A stretch of DNA of 64,000 nt, from assembly GCA_051294905.1 (NCBI GenBank), contig CM119379.1, positions 16,492,001 to 16,556,000 of the forward strand, read 5' to 3'. The position numbers and the translations under genes were made by a program. Within the stretch, counting starts at the first letter, position 1, and each line of letters opens with the position of its first letter. This document shows, one piece after another, positions 1 to 11,043 of this stretch. Below the pieces are notes generated by a model that saw only the letters and a list, made by a program, of their open reading frames with translations, searched no databases and was not told the origin of the DNA. This DNA comes from Botryllus schlosseri. Lineage: Eukaryota.

Positions 1-430
1 CGCAGTAGATGATGTGGTGATAGGACTTATCCTTAATGAGTATTCAGGGCAAATTAACACCGAAAACTTCGTTAAATATAGCCTTCAAAATACATATAGG
101 TTTAATTGTCCATGGGCGCCTAAATGACTGACACCGAATGTTCCTGTCTTGGCAATCTGAACTCCAGAAGACGAATTCCATCTGGCAGGGAAAAATTATA
201 TATCAGTGAGGAAATACCAATCTGAAATTGGTGCGTCTTTTAGTTAAGTACGATTGGGCGACAGGGATTTTCCTGTTGGGCGATATCCCCGTTGAGCAAT
301 TCTATATTTTTTGATATTGCAGACAGGGGGTCACGAAATAACATCATGCAACGAAGTCATACCAACGGGCTCGCCTGCCCGAATATGTTTAATTAGTAGT
401 AACGGGCCCTACAGTTTTTAAGAAACCTCA

Positions 431-615
431 CAATGTTCGCTTTAAGTTTTGATGAGTCTGCGCACACTCAACAGCTCATTGCGCTGACCCTTGGACAACA
501 GTGTGTAACGACTAAAAAAAGGTAATAACTTCGGATTTATTGTGCGCAACGTAGATTTCCTGTGCGCAGAGACCGTGTCAGCACTGCGCACGTGCGCAGC
601 TTAGAGGGAACATTG
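431..615. mobile_element. Short hAT-like MITE (185 bp)
   Basis: Inverted termini CAATGTTCGCTTTAAG (431-446) and CTTAGAGGGAACATTG (600-615), 14/16 complementary. Flanks aacctca / cacctca match at 6/7 and may be a TSD. Internal TGCGCA repeats. Confidence 0.65.
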
Positions 616-617
616 CA

Positions 618-1290
618 CCTCACTCAGCTCTACCGGTAAATGTGTTTACATGAGCAGAGAGAGGATAAAAATTGATCTCAATTTACATGCAATACCCGAT
701 GATATTGACCAATTTAATCATTAATTAGTGAAATTTTTCGCGCTTCGCGCGACTAGGTGAACATAGCTGCCTCAGTAAATGGACACCTAACGTAGATACC
801 TAATAGGCTATCAGCCAATAGCGGACAGCCTAATGGAGGTCTGGGAGTGAAGTCCCCCGGAAGTTTGGTTTATCACCCGATGGGGGCCCTGGACCAACGT
901 TTTTTGTTTGGAGGGGGGCTGACGAAGTGCTGTTACGGCCCTGGTAACGAATAATTGTACCTGCGGGCACGCCCGAAAATGTTTAATTATCAATTACGTG
1001 CCCTTTATTTTCCTATACAACAGCTCACTCAGTGCTACTGGTAAATCTGATTACGTGGGCTGAGAGGATAAAAAGTTTATAGCGAGTTATATATGTAATT
1101 ACCACCTTTCCATTCATGCATTATAGAAAATTTTGGTACCTAGGGCGACCAGGCCACACAAACTTTGCTGACCATCAAAATCACGATATGGGGTTCGTGG
1201 GGGCGAAGCCCTCAGAGGTTCAGTTTATCACGCTATGGGTGCGCAAGGCAATCGTTTTTAGGGGGGTTGACGAAGTGCTATTACGGCCCT
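618..1290. repeat. Diverged tandem duplication of a MITE-like segment ending in a CAGGGCCGTAA-type terminus
   Basis: 618-672 resembles 1025-1078 (ctcactcag..ggtaaat..gagaggataaaaa). 862-941 resembles 1217-1289 (tttatcac..ggggg[c/t]tgacgaagtgct[g/a]ttacggccct). Confidence 0.6.
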
Positions 1291-1920
1291 CCCTATTACT
1301 CATTGTCTTTATTACATTCCTTACAATATGAAGTTGGGGGGCGCTGGAGCACGATAATTTTTGAAAGGGGGCGCTGGAAGAAAAAAGGTTAAGAACCACT
1401 GGACTACACAATCCAATCTTGAAATTGATCAATACAGAGGCAGACCTAATGAAATAATATTTGCCATTTTCAATGATTTCCTGTAGCCTGTATAAAAAAT
1501 CCTTACCAGTCGCATGCATTGTAAAACAATATTAATCTCGCCGGGGTAGTCATGGGGTTGTAAGGCCCATATGTATCCACTATGCCACGACGGATTGGTG
1601 GCGTTACGTCATTTTTAAACGTCGTCGTTTCCCAAAACATTTTATACTGCCCTCCAAAATTTTCCTCGTATGGTGACACGTAAACGTACACGATGCAGAT
1701 TATATACATAAAATATTTAAAAAGCCCATACTCTTTACTTACGACATATAATATGCATTTCAAATATCACAAATGAAGACAGCTGAATAAAATGTATCGA
1801 GGTGGTACATCGGATATTGAAATATTGTATAGTAGTTGATCAGAGGGAAGAATCTAGCCAATCCAAAATATTCCTTTAAACAACGATTATACTCCCCCAA
1901 TATCTCATTAGTTGAGTGCG

Positions 1921-2342
1921 TAGGGTTGCATTTAAAACAAACGGTATTTTGAAACACATGTTTTAAACAGTGTTTTAAACAAAGGCCTTTTAAAAAAAAC
2001 GTTTTTTTTTAAGTTGTAAAATTATGCCATGATTGTGTAATACTTTCCAAAAACATGTTGTATGACCCACGGACAATTACCACCCGATATAGCTGACGTA
2101 CATCGATATGGGATGGTTGGAACCCTCAGAATAGTCGGTTTAACATTAATAGTACAAATATTTCGTCAAAGGAGCTATATTTACCCTATCTTTTCAATTG
2201 TCAATGTCAATCCACTATGACGTCACAATTGAATATTCGTGACGTCATGGCTTTAAAAAAACAATAAACAACATGTTTTAAATTACGGCCTTGTTGTAAA
2301 CATGTTTGTTTTGAATTGATTTTTGTTTTAAATGCAACCCTA
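1921..2342. mobile_element. hAT-like MITE with TIR TAGGGTTGCATTTAAAAC
   Basis: Perfect 18-bp TIRs at 1921-1938 and 2325-2342. Flanked by the direct repeat GAGTGCG (1914-1920 and 2343-2349). A partial second copy lies at 11881-12032. Confidence 0.85.
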
Positions 2343-4531
2343 GAGTGCGTATGTCTGGACGTAATATGTCATAGCGTTCGGCTTGACATGTTTTCAGGAC
2401 ATTTCTGTGTATTCAGCTTCCACTGGAGCGCTGATAGCAATTAAAAATAACTTCAAACTTGACAGACAGTTGTTACAATTTATTACAACTGAAATAAATA
2501 TCATTTTGTTTTTTCAGCTAACGCATCATCACGTTAGAACGACACATTATAATCATTTAGCAATATTGGATAATCATATCCAATCGCTAAAGCCAATATA
2601 TAGGCTTCATTTAAACTTGTGCTGCTTCGGATCGAACTATTTCGGTCTCACATGTTCGTCTTACGAACCATAGGTGTTTGTTAAATTCTTTCCCATCCTC
2701 ATAAATATATAATGGATAAGGCAGCACATTAATTTGACAGGTTTTAACTAAATGATCTGGCTTCTTTTCGATCTGAATTTGCTGCGAATGATATCTTAAA
2801 AACATTGAAAACTATTTGTGGACAAATTTCTGATTAAATATTCATGTATGTAAAAGTTTTTGCTAAGGAATATTTAAACAACTACTCAGTGTCCAGCAGG
2901 TCATTAATATCGACGCATGCGGTCATCTATTATTATCTTATAACTTATAGTATTTATATTCAAGCCAAGATATATCCTAGCTAGGAGAACCGGGTTGACA
3001 TTTAATGGATCAAAACACTATTAACCACATTAAACGACGCAGCCAAAGCAAAGTCATACCGTAGTTGGTCTCAAATCTAAGTTAATATCAAACTGTACTT
3101 ATAGTGGCGGTGTACCACTGCACTCAGTGATGGCTAAGTAGGATGCAAGGCCTCGTGATCAAGACCGATTTTGCAGTCCGCGTACAACCAGTGCTTCCTA
3201 ATTTTTCCTACACGCCACCCTTTCCCTATTTTGGTACGCTTGACTCCCGACTCACCCCTTACCCCAATATGACGGAGAACGAAAAGATTCAGAAAACCAT
3301 AAGAAAATAGCTTGTTATTTCTCATGGCAACTTCGCGTCGAATAAGCTATGGTTGCGCTGCGACAGTCGAGTAACAGATATGAAAAAGAAGGATATTAAA
3401 ATGCGAAAGCTATAGCCTACACACGAGCTGGTGTGAATTATAGTACCTTTAATTGAGACAGGCATATAGTTACGCATCAAGAAATAAAAAATTGTTATTC
3501 CCAAGTTTACGTTTAATATGAGGTTTCCGAAAGAATCATGGGAAGTCAAATACAGAAAATTTGTTGAAGGCGTTTGCTCACAAATTGTCTTAGACAACCC
3601 AAAGCAGGTAGCCAATTCGAACTATACCAGCATTATGATGTATACTATCTCTTGCATTCTCTCACTCTTGGGATCCCATGAAAAAAGAATTTTCGTAAAC
3701 TGCGTGGAAAATTTCACGACTAAAAATATAAACCGAATGCAATTTTTCATGTTCTGAATTCTCCTTGAGAATAAATGAACTATCGATCTGCAAACCGCAA
3801 TTTACAGAAGCTAACTCGCCATTACAAAAGTGTTTCATTGTGAGATGGAAAAGTTGGTCGCACCCCGTCGTTTCAACCGATGAGAACTACAGCCCGCGGA
3901 AAGACATTATGCACGTCGGGCAAAACAGCTCAAAGCGCAACCAATTGTTTGATTACAAGCGGCGAAATTGATTAACCTTGCAATGATTTTTTTAAACTGA
4001 ATATCGAATTTTATATCCCAAAATAGGGACTCGATCCCCGCCCACTGAATGAACGGAAGAGCGTTTATACTGATTATTATAGCATACGGTTGGACATTAC
4101 TCGAGTTCCAAGAAATTGTAATGGAAACTATGATGCGGATATACAATTAGGAAAAATTTATAATTCATTTTCGTGAAATTCCACATGAAGTAACGATGAT
4201 TCCCCAGGAGAAATTCTTTCCTGTTTTGGAACCGTTGGTATACGCACCACATACAAACCAATTCTACTCGTCGGCAGAGAATTGGAACCGTAGCGACCTG
4301 GTGTACAAGGCCATAGCAACTGATCGCCATATTATAATACTAAGCACAACGAGGCAAGGCTCCGCCGATTCTGTATCACGATCTTATATTTTGATGTGAC
4401 AAGAATTGTAAGTCACGATATGGCTGAAGCTGAATCAAATATGTACGAATGAGCAATTGAGCATGAGCAATCGAGCCGTATTCAAGTGATGGCAAAGATT
4501 TTAGCATTTATATTTTATACATATATTTCAG

Positions 4532-5653
4532 GTGATGTGAGATGGCAGGGTTTTAAATGCCATAACGGTGTCGTTGGTCACGCACCCGTACAGCAATCGG
4601 CGTATTTGAAAGGCTATTGCTGCGCGGTAATGAGAGGCGCGAACATTACGGACCGCAGATACAGGTGTGTACTTGTACATTGTTTTGTACATGCAAATAC
4701 CAGAAGCTTGCATGTAGGGTACGAGGAAATGCTAGGCAGGGTTTGAAAACGATTCCTCGTTACAGTACTTTCACGCAAGCGAAAATCGGATGTAACGAAA
4801 TAGGTCATCACATATGTACGCTGGAAGAAATGTACCGGGTGTGGGATAAGGTGAGATTGTGATGTTGTTGTTTATTGAACAAAATGATTTGGCGCTTATC
4901 GCCTGACGGCCTTTTGCACCGCGGTCAATGAAATTCATATTGTAGGCCTACAACACGAAAAAAGGAGGCCGTATGAAATAACGATAAAATATCAGAATGT
5001 AGTAGAAACACTCAGGTCATAAATGGCGCTTATGTGGATTCTGTAATTTCAACCTCATCACTTCTGAGTTACGTTACGTTCATTGTTCGTATCCGCCATA
5101 AATGTAATTTTATTAGTGTCGATGGATCAAGTATTCCACCTGTTACCAGTTTTTTAAAAATGTGAAATGGGACTTTGTTCTGGTTCAAGGCTTTTTCTCA
5201 ATGGTGGCGGCATTATGACTAATATTGTGCTAAAAGCCCTTACTATATATTAGCCCTACCTGCGTCGTAGCAAACTAATCAATGCCGGTGGTCACCATTG
5301 TTAGTTGTTGGCCATAGTTAGATACCGTTATATTAATGGTTCGCAACTCATTTACCACACAATATTAAACATTATATATTATAATTTGTATCCAGTCGAG
5401 CTACAAAAGCGACATGTGGGGATGGTTTCACGACGACCGTCACCTCGTGAAGATGGTGCACAGCTGCAATCCGAACCAGCAATTGTGGCCGGGCTACCAA
5501 TGCCTCCAAGGCCGACTGGTGACTTCGGAGATTATGACGTCTAACGTCCAAGAGAGCGCTTACTGTTGCCACACAAGTTCAACGAGTTCCAATGCTCGGC
5601 TAAACAGCTATTTTGTTTTGTTTTCATTTCTTATCGCTTTCGCTATGCGTTGA
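4532..5653 (+). CDS. 3' part of a tandem Link-module-like (C-type-lectin-fold), predicted GPI-anchored protein; 5' exons unresolved
   Basis: Exons 4532-4664, 4766-4850 and 5396-5653 join with GT-AG sites and matching phases (1, 2, 0) into ...DVRWQGFKCHNGVVGHAPVQQSAYLKGYCCAVMRGANITDRRYSTFTQAKIGCNEIGHHICTLEEMYRVWDKSSYKSDMWGWFHDDRHLVKMVHSCNPNQQLWPGYQCLQGRLVTSEIMTSNVQESAYCCHTSSTSSNARLNSYFVLFSFLIAFAMR*. The pattern Y.TF..A...C...G..[LI].T..[QE][LM]Y..W...GW...C...AYC is Link-like. The C-terminus is Ser-rich then hydrophobic, like a GPI signal. Confidence 0.7.
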
Positions 5654-8600
5654 CCAAATTTGATACCCATGCTTCCTATTATTGTTTGCTGTAAAATTGC
5701 GTTTAAGTTTTTAATATTTTCACCTCGTGAGAAGATGTTGGATCGTAAATAAATTCTATATATGTGATTTATGATGGTAGCATATTCTGCTACAAACCAG
5801 GGGTGTTTAAACTCAAAGACCACCGACCGAGTACAGTAACCTAAGCCTAATAGATCTACAGCCTACACGACAAATTCTATTTCAAATCTGCCAAGTAACG
5901 CAATCGGGGATGAAAATATGACTACAAATATTGCGATATTTCAACACTAAAATTTTTGATATGCTGATATCGAATATATATTTATTATATCTGTGGATAA
6001 TTCATTGATATTTTAGACGCCTCTGAGGAGCCTCAGATTGTAGACATAATATAGAAGTATACACAAGCGGTAACAGCAATACCGTATTGCAGTAAAAAGT
6101 ATAATAATTTGGATTATTATCCACAATTGCAATGAACGCAATGATTGAAGTGTCATATTGCTATTTGGATTCCCATTTTAAATAATTCATTTTTGGATAG
6201 CCTTCTTATAGTAAGCCCTGTGTAATATTCAATAATGCCCCATGCTGTCAATTTGATTTGACAGGACCGTGCTTATCACACACACACTCTTCAGCACGTC
6301 GGCGATCCTAATGTACATACGGACACCACTAGCATAAAACATTCATATTCGAATGGTCTCACCATGAAAATGATATTTCCTTTTTTCACACGATTATGTG
6401 CAAATAAGCGTATACCGGTCGATTGCGTGGCATATAGGGTCATATCAGGTCCCAAATTCGTTCTATTCAATTATGTATAGATTATTACATCACCGTCATG
6501 AAAGCGCAACGTGACCCACACTTTTTGTAGTATATGATTGCTCGTGCCCATAAAATCAAATCCTGATTCAAGACAGCGCGATTCGCTCGGATAACTATGC
6601 CTTCTATCGCATGATTAACACCGCTGTGCCATTTCAGCCCATGTAAGCTCCTGCAAAAAGACGCTACGTAGGGAAAGTCCTTGAAGACCAAAAATATCTA
6701 CATAATGTTCACCGAGGAGAGCATTCTAAATATCAACCGGGGAAAGTGTTAGCACTGCTTAGCAGGATATGGTTTTCTGGAGTACGTCACTTGCGTTGTA
6801 GGGATGAAAATTTTTGGACCGTATGATATTCTATCATAGACGTTACGTTAGAACGTCATACATACATTGTGGCATGGACAATTTTTCAACCCGACCTTGG
6901 AAGGGTCAGAGCACCTTCACGCATGCACCAAAGTATTGGCTAAAGATTAGCATAAACAGAGCATAAGATAGGGATTGCTTGCAGGATCGGATTACGACAT
7001 TTTAATTGTTCAACGTAAGACATTTCTGGATTCTGCAGAGTAAATGGATCTTAAGGTGTCGTATATCAATATTTTATCACCATACGCTGAAAGATTCGGG
7101 CCTCGATAGCACGCCATGCCGTCCATTCTTGGCACATGAACTTAAACAATAGATTATATTATTAACCTACACCTAAAGTTGTTGGGATAGGCTACTTTCC
7201 AATCTTGAAAAAAAAAAAATAGAAAACCGGACCGGAATCTGATGATGTGCCAAAATGAAAGTTTGAGAGGGTCTATAAATTTTCACCATTGATGTTACAC
7301 AATATGTGACACCCACTGTAGAATAGAAACCTCTGGTTTGATTTCCTTAGGTTGTATCCCAAAACCCAATTGCTGACAAGCAAAACCATTACCGGTGCCG
7401 AGCCAGGTACAGGGTTGCGACAGGTTACAAAGAGTATGTTCCCTTGCTTGGCTACACAGGCAGAGCGAATGATTTTTCAAGAGTTATCAATTCGTCGAGA
7501 TGATTTTGAGCAGATGAGTCAAAATAGTCATTGTTACTACTCAAGAAGAAGTAGAACCATAAATTTTTACTCGATTAGAAGTAGAAAATGGAAGGAATGA
7601 AAAGTAGGCCTACTCAAGTAAGTTCTTTCAAATAGTAGATTTCCTCGAGAGATCGCGTACTTTTAACAGTTAACAGGGGTTGGCTATGCTATTACTATCA
7701 TAATTGCAAGATGTATCTTTGCGACTAACGCAAAATGACTATAATGACACATATACGTACGATATTCGAAAATATACGCGGTTCCAACGACGATTTCACT
7801 CGTAAGAGTTATGCAAGCCTATTCAAGAACTAATTTCTACTTTTCAAAATCCAAATTATAAAAAGCAAGTGGTAGGACTGGGCAAAATCCGTCGAGTCGA
7901 GCATCTCTCATTATGACGAGTTCAACTATATGAACCTTTTAGGCGACCACAAAGAATATAATGCAGTTCTTGATCGCATTAAAGATATACCTGTTTCATT
8001 GCAATTTGTGACAATGCCGCGGGTTGAGCAGGAGTTCACAGAAACGCCATTTCCACTAGCGTGCGAGCTGCGAAGCTTTGTACTACATGTTTCGTATGCT
8101 GTGGCCTGTGATACGACCATTCGAGGTTAAGACTTTCTTCCATTCGAATCATTGTGTCCAGCTCTATATACTCATTAGTCGATAAATTACTTATACGCCA
8201 CCGTGCAAATTGAATTTTGTAAATACGCGGTTACAACATGTCAAACCTCATATCCCACAACAAATTTAATCAGACGTAGGGAGGGATTTGCATTTGCTCT
8301 GATCGGAATACATATTTATGAAAATGGAAAAGCTTTAGCTCTGAATGTCGAGATTATAAATCGAGTTGCGGGTCCGCAGAATTTATTCCGTTTAAAGGAC
8401 CTCGTAAATATAATCATGAAGCAGGTCGATGGTTACTCGAAACTGTAATCTAAGTCTTCAGAAATACCGATTTCACCAATCACCGTTCAGATATATCGGA
8501 TTATTTTCATCAAAGACTACCTTCCCGCAACATACATGCGCTTATCTATATGATGATAAGCTTTACATTATTATATTGCCGATACCAAAAATCGATGAGG

Positions 8601-8690
8601 CGTATGGGATATGGCGCATCAAATAGACTGGCAAGTCGGTACGATACATTCGTGGCTGATTGAAGGAAAAAAAGAAAACAATTACCGGAG

Positions 8691-8792
8691 TTATATATAA
8701 CAGGTGGATCGAAAGTGTCCCGTTCATATCGTGGAAAGATCTAGAGTTTTACGGGATTGAATGCTAGAATCTTTATAGTCACATCCGCAAAG
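8691..8792 (+). promoter_or_regulatory. Candidate TATA box and non-coding first exon of the galanin-like gene
   Basis: TTATATATAA at 8691-8700 is followed by a strong donor AAAG|GTGAGA at 8793 and closed reading frames. It lies upstream of the acceptor TTTCAG at 9461. Assignment to this gene is inference. Confidence 0.3.
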
Positions 8793-9463
8793 GTGAGAAT
8801 ACTTGAAAATATCTTCGTTATTTGACATTGAATTCGGACCACCGACTGGATGTAGCCAGGATTGAAGTTTCGGGAGGGAAAGACAAATTAGGATATTCAG
8901 TGACGTATGTCCATTGTGACGTAATCAATATAAATAACGTCCCACTGGGGGTATTTGTACCATGATTTCATGACTGACCAAAAATCAATTTCCCGGACGA
9001 CATCGATATTGACAACTATATAGCTATAGTTTCCATATCGGCCCGCAAATGTTTTTTATGTTGTTTTGTGAGTCGATGTCATAATCATATATAGAGCGAG
9101 ATAAAGACAATCGCCACAATCTGTACAAGCAATGAAACAAAAGAAAAGGTCGACTTAAATGAGAATTGTTAGCGTTTAATATGGGACTCGCACACGTGAT
9201 AAAATCTAAAACCCGAATCATTAAACATAAATTAAAATCAATTCTAACCGATATTAGATAGTTTTATATTATTGGCATCAATTCATTGAATTCAATTTAT
9301 TCAGTAACTCTATGTCGTCCTCAGCGTAAATTTCTGAAAGTGTGAGCTCCATGCTATCGTGTATCTTACTAAAACCATTGCATAATGTGCTGTTTTTCGA
9401 TACCCTCCATAGAGACATTTATCGACATCGACAGACAAGGTTTTCACTTGCATTGTTTCAGAA

Positions 9464-11005
9464 ATGATCAATTCCAATATCTGTCTCGTTCTCTGCCTTG
9501 CTTTGATCGCGGAAAGCCAGCAAGCGAATCCAGAAGCGGTAAGGAATTTCATCATCCAAGTATATGCAATTACGCATTAAAGTATATTATATATAGTTGT
9601 GCTGAATATATAATCCAATCCAAGTTGTAGAATTTGTGGTCTGGTGAAGGTTGATCCCCACTAAAATCGGTATTCTCAGTAAGCAGTCGCCAAATTTATG
9701 GCCCTCTAATATTCGTTGAATTAGCGATACCAACTGTTGTAATTCGAGTTTTGTACATTTTTTTACTTTATAGGTGTTTTCCAGACTTACGTTAGGTCAT
9801 GAGTGTTTTCTTTATATACTTAATGTATATTCTGTAGTTTCTGGTATTATCGTCAAATTTAGCGCAGGTGGAACAGTTTTGCGCGGATATATATAAGCAG
9901 TGTAGGCCTAATGATAAGCCCACGTATATAAGTTTATATTCTTAAAATCAGACAAGATGACCAATTCACCACACGATGCGACGCTGTCGTGAGTAATGCG
10001 TTTCGACATCTCGGAGGGATGTCGGATCGCCCAAGAAAAACTCTTTCACAATATCTTTATTTATATCTCCAACATTGCGTGACGAAAAATGATCTAAGCT
10101 AAAGAAATGAGTGATTAATCGATGTGTGCGGTTAATTAATGATCAATATTTAATGTGATGTACGAAAAACGAAACTATTCTATTTAAATAACTTGACTTA
10201 TCTGGACAAAATGCAACATGGACAGAAACAAATCTACCTTTACACAATAAGGCTTACAGAATAAGATGTTGACAGTTTGTATAGCTGCTGATCGGAACTG
10301 AAGTTACAGTCGTTTAAAGTCCCGTCTTTGACGAATGAAATAAGTTATTCGTGAATACTTTTACAAGTTCTGGTTATACACATGTCTCTAACCTACCTAT
10401 GATTTAATTACACTATTTACACCGGGCCTGTCAAACCTCCACGCACTGCGATCCGGTTTAGGAAAAACAACTATCTGAGCTGACCAAATATGGACGTATC
10501 CCAGCGGTTCGCAAACTGTTTTGTTGACGGCGTCCTTTGATGCAAAACGTATCGCGAAGCTATTTCAGTTGGTTCGCGAAGCAGTCTTCTATCCAATCTG
10601 TCATATAAAGCTGCTTTTGGTAGTTAATAATGCCAGAAATCTTCCTATTGCCGTGACAGCAATTTTATATGTATAAATGAAATACTGACGATCTTACATT
10701 AGCCGAAAATATGTGTACCTTAATTTTAGGTATTTCTGAATATTTCCCGAGTGGGAAAATCAAGTCAATCAACGAATCAAGTCTAGACATGATAATATCT
10801 AATATATAGCTCTATCTTCGCATTGATAGTAAATTGCATGTGTACACATTACACAATGATTCCTTTCTCACTAATTTGTTTTCAATTCGTTTGTGGGAAG
10901 AGTTGGTACCGACAGATCGAGATCCCAACCCTAACCCCAAATTAGCAATGTTTGAGATTTTATTTTCAAAGTATCTGCCCCTAAATTTTGATTGACGGCG
11001 TAACG

Positions 11006-11043
<38 letters not shown>

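Noticed and set aside
6799-6810. Perfect Ac/Ds-type terminus TAGGGATGAAA
   Set aside because: No matching inverted end or TSD found nearby.
7295-7480. Minus-strand ORF containing ACQQLGFG, reminiscent of an SRCR domain
   Set aside because: The rest of the SRCR pattern is absent and I could not find phase-compatible neighbouring exons.
7340-8448. Possible plus-strand exons at about 7351-7406, 7941-8124 and 8275-8423
   Set aside because: The splice phases do not chain consistently and the peptides match nothing I recognise; it could be a decayed element or an unresolved gene.
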